Source: Phoronis australis
Taxonomy: Eukaryota > Animalia > Phoronida
NCBI GenBank assembly: GCA_002633005.1
Contig: NMRA01000196.1
Location: forward strand, 418,824-482,823
Direction of reading: 5' to 3'
DNA: 64,000 nucleotides
Below the pieces are notes generated by a model, which saw nothing but the letters and a program-made list of their open reading frames with translations, had not been told where the DNA came from and did no database searches. Positions 14,201 through 29,200 of this stretch are shown here, in pieces; position 1 is the first letter of the stretch; every line of letters begins with the position of its first letter. Both the position numbers and the translations under genes were made by a program.

Positions 14201-17200
14201 AAAACCTACAATGTGCCTGTTTTGAAGTCCTTTTAATACAAGGATGTAAGCTGGGCCATTGTTTCAAGATTCAGCAGTCTTCAAAGTGTTTAAATTGTGA
14301 TACCATGCACTAGTTTCTTTAATTTTTAACGCAATGAGGCGGAACAGCGACGCTTTGTTTTATCAAAAATTTCAACAAAAATCTACCTCCAGGTCATTAC
14401 TTGCTCAGTTCTTATTGTACAGCTGTCATCAACAAACATGGTGAATTTTTGATCATTCTTAACAATACCATGAGCTTTTGAAAAATGAAAAGAACATTAC
14501 AGTTGTACATGACAATTATTGTTCTTCAAGTTACGTATGTACATATCTTGACTAGAAGATAAAACGTCTAATTTTGCAGAGATAAAACACCTAGTTGATC
14601 GAGGCATAATTTCACAATAGCAAAAACTGAGTTATAGCAGACATTCATTTCTTCCTCCATGTCTTCCTGCCACATTCCAGCTCAGGTCAATGGGTGGGGT
14701 TTTTCAAGGTCTGACTTGGACTTTTTGAAAAACCTCAGTTTGTCAGTTTGGTGGATTGGGTTGTGGTAACTTGTTTGACAGCACTTTACATTCTTTGAAG
14801 GCTTACACATTTCCCAGAATAGAGAAACATAAACAAAGATTTGTTGAAAGATGGGGTGCTTTTTTCTTCTGTAATTTAGTGGCCCAATGTCAAAGACTCC
14901 TTTGTTGGCAGCATCAGTAATGCAATTGTTTCAACAGGCAATCTTCCTATCCCATCTTTATTTGGGATATTTGTACTAGCATTTGATAAGTGCACAATGA
15001 GTAGACTAAATAAACATTCAAATCTTGCATGATCATGGTGATGTAGTTGATTGTCTGTTGGTCAGTCAGCTAGGGTAAGTTCAGTTTTTTGTTTTGGCCA
15101 TTAACAAACAATGTAAGTTGTTGATATCAGCAGAAATACAGAGATATATAAACACGGTTTTTTATCTGAAGCAATCACCAGGAACCAGAAGCTGTTACTG
15201 TTTTGACTTTTAATGACACAGTATGTACACTTTGTATTTCTGTTTTTCCTGGAGATGATGTTTGATTAAACATGAAAGTTTGAGTGTGAGCTTGTTTAAA
15301 TATACATTTGTAATCACATTCTTGCTATTGTCTTTTAACAGAAATCAAATAAGACTTTGCTCTGTTCTCAATAGACACTCAGGGTCAACCCAGGCTTTGA
15401 GACGGACTGGCTGGTTAACCTGTTTGCAAATAAGGCGAACTTTAGCAAATGTCGTTTTATGATATCTACACAATGTGATCCATGCTTGTAATAGATTAGA
15501 AACGTTCTTTAATCTTTACTTTTGAGGAAAAATTTAACGAAATAAATTTCTCTTGTCGGCCATATTGTGGTGGTGCTCTAAACCAGTGGAGAATTACCCT
15601 AACAAATTTATGTGTGTTAAAGCAGGTAACGATGGAAGTACCAGCAATTAAAACAAGTAACTTTTGGGAAGCACATGGATACTTGCTTGTTGTTTTTTTA
15701 CATTCTTTTCTACTTTAAAACCTTTACTGCTTGTCATTGGCAATGGACTTAAGGCCATTTTTGAGCTCATTTTTGAGCCTGCACATTCTGGTACAGTGAA
15801 AAGTGAGAATGTTTTTATAAACAGCTAGACTTCTTGTCCTGCTTCTGTTTGACATTTCACTTGTCTGTGTTGGATAATGTTTTTATACCTAGATCTGTTA
15901 GCCAGGCCACAATTTTAGAAGGGGTATGTTTTGATAGAGACTAACATTGCTTGGCACTCATAGACAGAATTAGACACCACTTAATGGTATTTTGTGCACT
16001 AAATACACAAGTTCTCCTGGTTATATTTTTCTACACCAGACAAGGACACAGATTTCTAGCACAAAATTTAGTCTGGAAACCACTAATCAGTTGGCCAGTG
16101 ATAATGATACAAAATGCTACAGTTTGTCATTTGATCACAATGATTGTTTGAATAGTTTTTTAAGTACTGTCTGTAGGAAATTCAGCACATGCGGAAATAT
16201 GAATTCTCTAATACACATTAAAGTGGTCATTTATCTTTGAATATAAACTTAACAAAACAAAAAACGTCTAAATACGTCTGTTGATGCTATAGTTACCATT
16301 TTCTGGAGGCATACAATCAGCAACTATTTCCACTTTATTTTAGACATTTAATTAAATGTGGCATGTAAAATTAGGTTTCAGCATCTAACAGTAAAATGTC
16401 CAGAGGCCTGCAAGAACACTGCGGTTTTTGCTTGAAATTAAGGTATCTGTTTTTGTGTGTCCTCGGGCATCAGTCATGATAGCAAGTAGTGACAGCCATT
16501 TGTGGAGATCCTCTGAAATAAATACTGTAAATAGTCCTAATGTAGGCTGATTGAATAACGTTCAGCAGCACCTACGGTTCACATGGAATGTAGAAGGAGG
16601 TAACGGTGGTGTTACTTTCTTTGCAGTTAATCATGGCATTGACTTATTGTAGTTATGCCAAAGGTTGTTTGAAAAAACACAACAAATGTGAAATACCTGG
16701 GGATGAAAGAAATCAAGTCAGTATCAGTTATTGTTAAGTCCCTTGTTTTATCAAGAGTTATTGTAAACTCAATCTGAAGAGTAGTTGAAGTGTTTACTTT
16801 ATTGCACTTCAGATTGGAGGAAATGTTGTCTATCAGGAATGCCAGTGTGGTATAGAAGGCTTTTTTGCTAATTATCAAAGCTTCTTTCATTTATGTATAT
16901 TCAAATTCTTTCTCATCACCGACTTTGTATTGTTGTTTTTCTAGTACTTTTCGGTTTCACAATTCACACTCCAATTTAATTACACATAAAACGTATTACC
17001 ACAGACTAAAATTCTATAGAGACATCTTTTGCTTGAGGTTAATGCACGATATCTGGGCAAATATTGCCCGTTTGTTAATGACAAAAAATAATTATCGATC
17101 AAACTTTTGGAAAAAATACACCAACTTTCAGGCCAGCAGTGCGAAGCTCCCTGGCTTCTACTGGAGAATAGTGATTCCTCTGCAAATTACATCAGTCCCA

Positions 17201-20200
17201 GTGACTAAGTTGCCCTCCAACAATTTAGGCCTGAGGTGGCTGACACTGGGGTTGGAAATAGTTTGCAACTGAACTTCCCCCCCCCCCCTCCAGCAGTTTT
17301 GAAGTTGTACAATATTTTTTATTTTTCAGTTATATCACCTGGATATGATTTTTTCCCTCAACTACACTCAGGGTGTAACGGGAGACAACCACCCCAGGAA
17401 AATATCCTTGTGGTCACTCAAAATGACATACCGTTTCTTTTTTCGGGATGATCTACTTTGTCTGTTAAGTCGTTAGAACATGATGCAAAATCGAATTCAC
17501 CACCCGAATTTGCTGATGTTACAGCTGTTACTAAGTGTATTTGTAAATTAGCCAGTTGGTTTCTAATATAATGTTTATGAACTTGCAGAAGCTGTAGCAG
17601 TTTTGCTCCATCTTAGCCAGTTATGGAAATGCCAGTCAAAATATGATCAATGCAATTGCCTCTAATTCTGGCACTTTGCTGGCGGTTTGACTTAATCCAA
17701 AACTGCTGATGTTTTTGTTAGCGACTCAAGCGACTCGTAGCCATCAATTGGCGCTTTAAGAGTCATTCTGGTGGTGAGGAAACAAACTGATGGCAGACTG
17801 TACATCTGTCTGGCTATAATGCTAGTATTTTCACCACTAGCAGCTGGTGTTTTCACTGCTCATGTGAACACTTAACTCTACAATCTTAATAGTGACTGTA
17901 GTAAACATAGTCTTGACTTGCGTTTTTTGTCTTTAAGAGGATCTTATCCTTTATGAGCCAGACCTATTATCTCAAGTGTTCCTTTCTTTGCTGTAATTCT
18001 CTATGTTAAAGTTCTTTTGCCTTTGGCCATACTTAGGGTTCTCCAATTTTGGCCAGTCTCACTGCATCTTTATTGACTGATTTCCTAAATGTCTTTTCTG
18101 TGATTGGGCATAACTGCAAGATTGCAAGATTCTGATGTGTTTATGTTAGTGAAGGTTGGTTGTCCATTAATGTTGATTTGCCGAAAATACATCTGAAAGT
18201 GAATCGAAGTCAGAAAAATCCTTAAACTACATCAAAACTGTAACTGAAGTCGAGTATTTGTTCATGTTTAAAAGGATGTTTGTTTTTTAGGTATTTTGAG
18301 CTAGTCAGCTTTTCACATCAATAAAGGTATTGTTAGCAATTTGACTAATTGTTTGTCTTGCAATATTGTGGGCAATACTGGTGTTTGCCAGCTCCAGTGT
18401 GTGTAGTGTCCCATTACTAATCACTGTTTGCCAACAAGCAATTCTAAAGCAAGGCTAATGGGTCAACAATGACATCTCTGTTATCAACTGGATACACTAA
18501 CTGAGGAGTGTCAGTTCACATCTTCCTTATAGGATGCCTTGCAAGTTTTACTGACTGTTTTCTACACGCGCACATAGACCCCTGTAAAACTGCTTTAGAA
18601 TTGCTACCATAAGCCAAGAGTGTCATAAATATGTCATTTTATATCAGCCCAAGTTAAGTGATAGAGAGCCAAAACAAAACTGTAGAAATGTTTCGTTTCT
18701 ACATTGATTTACCTGACTACGATAACACACACAGCCTTTGTTGACTAAATTTATGACTGATATAAAATTAGGTGGGGATATTTTTTTCATTAAAGTCAGA
18801 ATGTGACTTGACAAGTGGAATTTCATTAGAAAGATTTCTCAATCCAAAACGAGCATTAAGAAAATTTTGCTTTGTTTACCAGTAGCATTGGCATGCATTT
18901 GGGTAACTGTTACTAGGCAACAGTGATATTCCCAGCATTTTAGCAACTGAAGGTATTTAAGCCCTTAGAAAATGGAAAAATTGCATTTTTGCTACATTTT
19001 TTGCTGTGATTACTCTGTGTATTAAGTTCATATGGTAACAGTTGTAGGGAAAATTTACCTTATGTTACCTTTGAGCAGCTCAGGAAACAACTGGCTTTTT
19101 AAACTAGACATATTACTTGCATGCTAAAATTCTGATGAAGCAGAACTATCTGAATCTGTCAACACAGTGCACCTTTTTTGTTCTAAGTGTTTAAATGAAT
19201 CTGTAATGTTACTTGGAAATACACAATTTGTAAAAACACATTGAATGATTGCAGCTCAGATGTCTCGCTGGTCGTTAAAGCGCACCTTGATAAAATATTT
19301 GGGTCGCTTTCCACTTGGCTTACTGTAATCACATTCTTATAGGGTGATTGAGTGATTTACGATAATCAGATCTTTTTAATATTGACTATCGGATAACTTT
19401 ATCACTGAGACATGTGCTCATTCAAAGAATCTGTCCTCCCAACACACCTCCATACCTGCTGATAACCCTTGAAGGGATTTGTAGATTTCTTAAAACATAT
19501 CTTGCTCAAGGTTTGTCTGAAATTAATTTTTTTGATTTACTACCTATTTGGATTGGCTGTCTGATTCATGCGTTGGCGATAGGTTAGAGTTGATATTAAA
19601 TCACTACAAGTAGCGAGGCAAGTAGATTTCGTAATTAGCAACGTGTTATCAACAACGGTGCTAGGTGTTGGATGAATGACTTCAGTTTGTGTTTATTATA
19701 GGCGTTTCTGTGTTTGAATAGAATTCTTTACAAAGACAAATGCCGTGATTGATTATCTTAGTTTGTGTAAGAAACCATTCTCTGTTACTGAAGTGATTGC
19801 TCAGCGGTTACTTTAAGCCAATAGGTGGCAGCATTACCTACCTGCCTCCCCAATAAATATGGGAAGTGAATGTATGTGGGCGACGGAGCTATGCCTTGAG
19901 CATATTAGACCTGGCTACTTATGACTAATTGACTATGAATCAGTGCTAAATTGTAAATTGGTCTGAATGTTACAAAGTGATAGTTTCAAATTTACGTTGA
20001 AGCCTCATGCAGAATACCTACTTTTAAAGCCGTTATTTTTGCTTAAGTTTCGAGATGGAACTCTTTTTTGGTACTTAAATATGGGGGGTTAGCTACAGGA
20101 ATTACAGTAATCTCTGTACATTACGTCCACTCACTTTATGAGCATCAAACATTATTCACAATTTTTTTCCTATCTAGAAAGTACGACCATTGACGATTGG

Positions 20201-23200
20201 CACTCCAAGCCCATTCTATACATATGAACTGTAACCAACTTGCGGCGGATTACATTTTTCCCGTACGAACAGTCAGTGTACATGACACCGTGGACGAATA
20301 GATTTCCCTGATAGCTTAAGTAGAAGATATACTGAATTCCCACCAATTTCATTTATTCCAACTGAAAGTTTGCAATTTCGCCTTGACCACTCGGTACTGC
20401 ATGAAATTTCAACCCACACATATTGGTGATTAGGTCATCGGAGAGCGTAAATTCAAACTCAACTCAAGTTTGGTGACAATGAATCTTTGAGTGGGAGCAA
20501 TCAATGATCCATGGTTTTATCATGGTGAAGTATACTGATTTCCTGTATTAAAGAATTCCACCTCAAAATAATGATTTTCAAAGATGTTGCTGCTTGGGAC
20601 TTTTACTTAAAGCGGTTTAAAACCATCTTGCATTACAAAAACCAACTTTCAAAATTAGACCACTTACCATCATGAAGTTGATCTCAAGTTGTTTTTCAGT
20701 CAAATTGTTGGGGATTTGTGAGCTTCGATAGAACTGACTTTTCCTCAATGCTTGAGGCTAAGGCTCTTCAAGATGGTTTGTCATTTAATGCGCTGATCAT
20801 TGTCTTAGCCTTGGTAATGATCTGCCAGGTCTTTGCAAAGTCAGAAGTTGTTTCTCGTAGGAGTAAGGAACAAGCTAAGACCAAGTTTAAGGCGGGTAAC
20901 AAAGTGGTCTAAATCAAAACCTTCTTGGACAGAACACAGACAGTTTATAGCCACTTTAAGTACTTATTTGTTATTCAATTTATTTAAGTTTCTGAATGCT
21001 TGATTTTTAAGACTTATATCTACTACATAGTTAATGTAAACCTAGGGACTGGTAAAGCAGCATTAAGCCTTTGCTTTTTGTTGAAATTGTTTAGATTAAA
21101 GCTTTTATGGTTGTGAAGTTAGCCTTATCTTGATCCTTGCTTGTGCAGTTTAGAAGTGATCTCTTAAAAATGGGGAAGAACTCAGTGGTAGGTCTTATTA
21201 CTTGAGAGCAAGCTTGCTTTCAGATCTTGGAATGAACTGAAATTTTATGAGATTCAGTGATCTGAAAACATGATGAACTGTCAATTCTTTCACCCCCCCC
21301 CCCCAAAATCACCTACAATTTGACTAATCAACAATTAGAGACCGATCTCATAATGATGGGTCATCTTTTTCAAAGTGGGTTTTTTGATGAAAGTTGGGTT
21401 TATTGCCACTTGGGCTATTTCAAGTTGTTTCTGAAGTAATTACACCCCTTGGTTTCATGCCATTGTCTACTGGTAGCATGATCTAGTCATTTTGATGGCC
21501 ATTTCTTAGTATCTTGTATATTTTTTCTTTCAGTTTATGCTGTGGTAATGGCTTAGCCTGCCACTTTTATGTTGTATTTAGTTTGATTCATAGGTTAATA
21601 CTTTGGGTTTTTTTGCTTTGTCTCGCCAGTCCATTAGGATAGTAATTTTTCATGTGTTATGCTTTGATACTTGACTAAAATGCAACAACCTAGAAAATTT
21701 ATCTCACCAATGTCTTTTTCTACAGTAATTCAGCAGGTACAAGGTTTGCAGCTGTTTTCTTGCCGCAATGGTTTTCTGCCAATGTCCTCACACTATAATT
21801 TTATATTTTTGTGGAGTCTTAAAATATTTCAGTTGACCAGCCTAATGTTTTGTGGAAATTGTAACAAGAAGTGAACAACAAACACAACCAAAATCGGTGA
21901 CAGGCAAGCAAAATACAAATACATGACTAAGGTCAAAGGTCAATATAACAATCCCCATGTGTATTCATGCTAAAAAAGAGAGAAATCCTTGCTGAAGTCA
22001 CTTAACATCTGGCAAAATAAGCTGAAAATTCAACCTCTCCAAGTTTGTTTTAATTTGTGTCCCTTCTCATGCTTTATTAGATGTTAAGCCCTGGGGCAAG
22101 TCCAGTCATCAAAGACATGGAGTTGTGGAAATCATTCATCTATGTTACTACTGCTAATGAGAAGTGAATAATTGGCCATAGTACTGAGATTAATTGGGCT
22201 TGCTACTGTTAGATGTGCAATGAAGGTTTCTGATTGTTCACAGATGGTGCTGCTCATGAAGTGTTGAATTGGAGGGTGGTGTACTAACTGGCACTGCCAT
22301 CTTTTGAGCAAGTTGTCAAGTTTTTAGCTTCACATTTTTGTAATAGGTGGCGCTCTACAACAGTGGCTTGGTATTATGGTTTTTTTTTTCTTCGTTTTAC
22401 CATTGAACTAGAGGAACTGGAATGCTCACCCTTGCAAGTGACCTATGGCCTGTAGTGGAAGAGATGGCTGTGAGGGAGTTTCTATTGTTGATTTATGTTT
22501 GCACTGTTGTTGTAACATAGCAATCATAAGAAAAATTGTTCCTAAGTCTCTTGTTCACGATGACACACATTGCAGATCTATCAGTTATATTGCTTATTTT
22601 TGTTAAGGTATTTAATGAGTTTCATGCTAAAATTCTATGAAAAGTAATAATTTGTAAACAATGCAGTGACCTATCCCCTTTAGTCTCTTTTCCAGACCAT
22701 ATTGGTTTTAGAGGCCTGATTTCAATCTTTCTTTTGTTAGTCGCCAGGCTCAGTCTTTTGCCTGCTGTCATGAAGCAAACACCAGTAATGTACCACACTG
22801 AATGAATTCATAATGTAAACGCACATCAACTCAAAATTTGTTAATTTTTATCATATTTCTAACCTGTAAAACAAGGATTCTACAAATTGACCTTTCCACG
22901 AGGACTTCAATTTCAGAAGCCGAACGTGTTAAAAAATTACCAGTTACTGTCCTGAACATTTCAATTTATTTTAGCCAGTATTTATTGCTGGGAAGACATC
23001 GCTAATGTGACAATCGCCCTCCGCAACATAATAGGAGCTTACTGGATCAGTGTCTTCCTGGTGTCTAGAGAAGCATTGTCTAACTACAAGATACCAAGAA
23101 ATGGCAAGGTTTCCTACTGAGTTTGCCCTATCTATCAGAAAAAAACTTATCTTTAAATTCCAGTTGGACGTTAGTCTGTCATATTATTTGTAAATGTCCT

Positions 23201-26200
23201 TGCAACCTGGATTTATATTGGAGAATCTGCTTATAGCTAACAGCGTCTCAGGCCCAAGAATATGCTGTATGAAGATGCGTAATTTTGGATGTAACTCTGT
23301 AAATTCCATGAATTAATTGATGTAGCAAAGTAATCTTTTGGCTAATTAGTTATAAAAGTAATTAATCAGTAAATTACTACATTAAATATTTCATAATTAC
23401 TCTCTTAGTTTTTTTGTTGAGAAATTCAACGAATTAGAATTTCACGTGTTGGACATATTGTGTGTTAAATAAATGAGGAGTGACGAACCACCTTTCAACT
23501 TTATACTGATGTTTGTCTTGTTTTTCTTTTTTGCATACACTTTTGTACCACATCAGAAATAGTTTATTTGGCGTTGTTGAGAAGCTTGACAAAATAACAT
23601 TTCACCTTTTTTCTAACTTTTAATTAAGAAATCACCTCACCCTCTCACTTTGCTTGGTGTCTATATTCCAAATGCTAGAAAAGGGTGGGGAGGGTATTTG
23701 AACCCTAACTCCACTACTTTGAACACCAAGAGATGGCATTTGCCAACTGCCCATTAATCATTTTGGCTTGTTAGTGATTCAATAGCCTGGCAGCTGATTG
23801 TCTAGTGCAGAAGGCAAACCAATTAGCCAAGACAGATTTTTGTCTGGTAAACCAGAGCAACCAATTTGCCAGGTTGTGAATGGCCAGTTAGGGTGAAACT
23901 AGATCCAGACTAAATACATTTAGTGGGCTTATTGAAGATGATGAGGGTGTTAGGTATACAACACTGCTAGATAATTGTAACCTTAATGGATCATTGAAAT
24001 TTTAATCTATTTTGCATCAAGTGTGGCCCTGGGTGTTAAAGTTTGAAATCGTTTTTTTAGGCGGTCAGTGCCCAGTTGCATTAACTATCCCAAATAAGTA
24101 TTCTACTAAGTTTCTAAAATCTATAGATAACGGGAAGAGCAAATCACGAGAATTTTTGCATGTGGATTCCTTCAAAAGTTCTGGGATAACGTTTTTCTCA
24201 GACTTACCATTTTCGAGTTATTTGACTTTGAATTTCAAAAAAAACAAAACTTCAATTTTTTCGAAAAAAATATGAAATGTTGCGAAACTATCAATTTAGA
24301 TAGAATTTGGAACGGGCTTTCAGAAGAAGTTTTCCATTTTTCACTAGGACGTCTACTTTTCGAATTATTTGAGATTTTCTGATAGTGCTGTTCCTTTGTT
24401 GAGCACTCTTACCGCATTGATGTTGGTTTAGATTATTTGAACAAGACTGTAGCTTATTTCTTACTAATTTATGACATCTAAGTTCATCGTATGAAGGTTA
24501 TGATGTTGTTCATCATCGCCACCTTCATCATCACAATCATCGTCATTAATTTTGCCTATTGTCGCTCTGAAGACTGTGGGTAGCACTGAACAGTCAGGCC
24601 GAGGCCACGGAGCATTTTTTAGTCCCTAGGATTTATGTTGAGGGCCTGTGTCAGGTTTGGCGGGTGTTTTGAGGAAATTGTTGACAAGAATTGCCAGGAA
24701 ACTTATTTGTGTTTTTTGAATGAGAAAAGCCAAGTTTTACCTACTTTTGATGCAAACTGGTGGCCGTCATTTGCTATCAACCCCTGTCGTCTGCTGTCCG
24801 AGAAACCGCCGGTGCGATTTCAGGTGGCTGTCAGACAGATCAAATTTGCCAAAAAAGTAGCTGGTAAGAGGCTTACTATGACCACATAGTTAGAATCTAG
24901 TGAGGACGAGCATTATTTCTGAATCTGTAGTCAGACGCAGGGCGGGGAAGTGGTTATTTCGAGGAGAAAATTGTCAAATTCTAGTTGGCATTTTTTGCAA
25001 ATAGTTTTGTGTGCCGGGATTTTCTTGCCATGTATATTAACCGATCAGATATCTGTACAGTTCGTTAGAGTTTTAAATGGGCTTTCATAAGATAGTTTTC
25101 ATTTCTCATTAGTCGTCATGATCGTCGTCATCACTCTCCCCATCGTCCTGTTTTCGCGTAATTTCGCCAAGTGTCGCTCATCCAAGCGCTCTCGCACTGT
25201 TGCCAGTTTACTGGGTGCATGAACAAGACTGCAGGGTATTTCTTACCGATTTGTTTGCTATTCACATGAATGTTATCGTGTTGTTCATAATCTCCGCCTA
25301 TCGTCATGATCGTCGTCGTTGTCCTCCCCATCGTCCTGTTTTTGCGTAATTTCGCCAAGTGTCGCTCCCCCAAGCTCTATCGCACTGTTGCCAGTTTACC
25401 GGGTGCGTGAACAAGACTGCAGGCTATTTCTTACTGATTTGATTGCTAGTCACATGAATGTTATCGTGTTGTTCATAATCTCCACCTTCATCGTCATGAT
25501 CATCGTCATCATCGTCCTCCGACCCCATCGTCTTGTTTTCGCATAATTTCGCCAAGTGTCGCTCCTCTGAGCGCTCTCGCACTGTTGCCAGTTCACCGGG
25601 TGCGTGAACAAGACTGCAGGCTATTTCTTACTGATTTGTCATAATCTGCCTATCGTCATGATCGTCATCGTCGTCCTCCCCATCATCCTGTTTTCGCTTA
25701 ATTTCGCCAAGTGTCGCTAATCCGAGCGCTCTCGTTTTTTAGGTGGTCAGTGCCCAGTTGCATTAACAATCCCAAAAAGGCATTCCACTAAGTTTCTAAA
25801 ATCTATAAATTTTTGCGTCACGAATATTATGTTCTTCTGTCTTTTTATGTTTATTATGAACTTCCCTTTGTCTAGGGGACGCTTTCTATAATGTAACCAA
25901 AAATTCATACCATATTTTAAGGAATATAAATAGGGACTTGAATTTGGGGCGTCACCTGAAAAGATTCTTATTTTCAATAATATTGAGAATTCAGCAATTA
26001 GCTGCTCTCAGNNNNNNNNNNNNNNNNNNNNNNNNNNNNNNNNNNNNNNNNNNNNNNNNNNNNNNNNNNNNNNNNNNNNNNNNNNNNNNNNNNNNNNNNN
26101 NNNNNNNNNNNNNNNNNNNNNNNNNNNNNNNNNNNNNNNNNNNNNNNNNNNNNNNNNNNNNNNNNNNNNNNNNNNAGCGCTCTCGCACTGTTGCCAGTTT

Positions 26201-29200
26201 ACTGGGTGCGTGAACAAGACTGCAGGGTATTTCTTACCGATTTGTTTGCTATTCACATGAATGTTATCGTGTTGTTCATAATCTCCACCTTCATCGTCAA
26301 GATCATCGTCATCATCGTCTTCCCCATCGTCTTGTTTTCGCATAATTTCACCAAGTGTCGCTCCTCTGAGCGCTCTCGCACTGTTGCCAGTTTACTGGGT
26401 GCGTGAACAAGACTGCAGGGTATTTCTTACTGATTTGATTGCTATTCACATGAATGTTATCGTGTTGTTCATAATCTCCACCTTCATCGTCAAGATCATC
26501 GTCATCATCGTCTTCCCCATCGTCTTGTTTTCGCATAATTTCGCCAAGTGTCGCTCCTCTGAGCGCTCTCGCACTGTTGCCAGTTCACCGGGTGCGTGAA
26601 CAAGACTGCAGGCTATTTCTTACTGATTTGTCGTAATCTCTGCCTATCGTCATGATCGTCATCGTCGTCTTCCCCATCATCCTGTTTTCGCTTAATTTCG
26701 CCAAGTGTCGCTAATCCGAGCGCTCTCGTTTTTTAGGTGGTCAGTGCCCAGTTGCATTAACAATCCCAAAAAGGCATTCCACTAAGTTTCTAAAATCTAT
26801 AAATTTTTGCGTCAGGAATATTATGTTCTTCTGTCTTTTTATGTTTATTATGAACTTCCCTTTGTCTAGGGGACGCTTTCTATAATGTAACCAAAAATTC
26901 ATACCATATTTTAAGGAATATAAATAGGGACTTGAATTTGGGGCGTCACCTGAAAAGATTCTTATTTTCAATAATATTGAGAATTCAGCAATTAGCTGCT
27001 CTCAGTGTGTATCGAAGGAAAAAAAACACATAAAGTAATGAGCATAAAACAGCATTAGAAAGAGCAGTCAGTGATTTCAAAAGTCCATACAAATGTACTG
27101 AAAAGTTGAGGAATATTAGGTGAGTCTACTTGGCTGTTTCATGTGAGCGGGCACTGGCCTCTTCTAAAAAAATGCATTCATGTTGCAGTCCTGTAACTGA
27201 GTTATTTAAATCAGATTCGTTCAATATTAAATTTTACATTTTTCAATACCCATGCAGTGCTGAAACAACTGAACTTGTGGAGCCCTGAGTTATATAAAGC
27301 AAAAGTAAATATTAGCAATGTCAGTGGGTGATATTGCAAGACTTGTCATGGTTTTTCATCTGAAAGTAACACATGTGGTTACAAGTGGAGATAACTCTAA
27401 CACACTAGTGGATTTGGTTTTGGAAATGAACACAGTGGCTACTCTATACTTAATTATAATAAACCATGAAATATCTGCTCATCTCTATCCAATACTTTAA
27501 ACATTAAATATTATATGAAACAGTTGCCTGAATTTAGCTGTTACTTTCAAGTTACAGCTGCAGCCAACAGTGATGGAAGGTAATATATGATGGATGCAAT
27601 ATTACTGGTCTGTTTTAACGATGTTCCTCAGCTGATATATAAATTAAATTCACCTGTTTCGTTTATTGCCAAGTTATTTTTCGTATTTGCGACTTTTATT
27701 CTAATAAAATAGACTCCATGGAATCTGAACTACATTTGGTATTTTCATTACTTGGGGAAATTGAAAACAACACTTCCCTCATTTTTGAACAATAAGTTTG
27801 ACACATTTGAAAAATCCTATTGGTGAATGCTCTCACTTTCAGGCAAGTTTAGTCCTTATTTTTACAAATTCAGATTTCTTCTGATGTTATTCTGCACTGC
27901 TGCTTTAAAAGAGGACTAGTTATGATAATTGTTGAACAAGAGCAACCTTCCATGAGACCAGTACAAATGAATACAGCTGATTGTGCCTCCAGACCAGACT
28001 TTTTGTGAGATAAGAAGAGAGGTGGATTTTTGTCCACATCTTACTGTACATTGGAATTCACCTGGGATGTGCAAGAACTTGTGCTGGCACTTAGCTGGCT
28101 AATAGACTTTGTTCAAGGTTATACAAAAAGGTGCCTGCAGATGTTGTCTTTCCCTGTTCTGCTTAACTGGGTGGTTTACAAACTCACCAGTATGAAGTAA
28201 TGGTATATCATTAGCGGGGTTGGCATTGGACTTTCTTAAGCACTGAAATATGGAATAAAATTGAAAAAGGACACAGACATCCATAAACCAGTGTGTACTG
28301 GGGGATGCAATTAATTTCTGGAACAAACAAACCTCAGCTGAGTCATAACTTGGTATTTATTGTATCCAGAGAGTTTTATAACTTCGTAAAATCCGAAATT
28401 TTATGCTAAGTCATTGGGGACGCTCTTTAATCCGGCTGCCTCACCTACTGCAACGGCGACGATAGATGCAAATGCCGGAGAAGAAAATTCTGACAATTTA
28501 ATTGGTCAGCCCAGTCTTGCAGGACTTTCATCAGTCAACATATATTGACGAGACGATAATTTACGAGACTCATACTTAAGTCATTCGGCAAGCATGTCGG
28601 GTTAATATTGTGTTAGATGTCTCAACTAAATTGAAATGTTTTCGCATTTGTTTTCACAAAATATATTTTATTTTAGATTAGTAAATTGATGTTTGTCTTG
28701 ATACTATAGAAAATAAGGAAGCATGGGTGACGAGCTTGCACATAGATTTTCAGTGATTTTACCTCTGAAACAGCCTTTCAATTATTGTTCTTCATAGCAG
28801 CTGATGTGAATGTCTAGGACACCAATGTTTTTGTACAAGCCTGCCAGACTGTGCTTATGTTCAGAGTGACAGGATAAATAACTCAATGACTCAAAAGGGA
28901 CTCATAATTTGTTAGACCACTGAGTCCCATGGACTGAGTGGCAAACAATTCATTTGGACAAAATTGGGTATTCATCATAGTACACAAAGTCACTATTACC
29001 CTCTCTCATAACTTTCTGCTATCTGTTTGTTGGAAATTAAACATCTCTGATTGGTAGTCTAATCTAAAAGCTGAATGTTCCTTTGGTTAGCATTTATCTA
29101 CAGATTCAAGTTTAGCTTTCTTCCAACTAATGGATCAATAGGAGCTAAGGGCACCAACTGAGCACATTCAAAATTCAGACCAGGCAAATGGTTGCCCATT

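Noticed and set aside
12937-17272. Longer track ORFs (12937-13326, 16865-17272) as nested genes
   Set aside because: AT-rich composition with no recognisable domain; lengths are within what chance produces in intronic DNA.
26008-26536. Acidic minus-strand ORFs (MRKQDDGEDDDDDDLDDEGG...)
   Set aside because: They are translations of an (ATC/GTC)n-like tract in a repeat whose 193-bp period is not a multiple of 3, and the frames break between units.
25110-26730. Tandem repeats as a CRISPR array
   Set aside because: The units are contiguous 193-bp repeats with no unique spacers, there are no cas genes, and the context is a eukaryotic intron.
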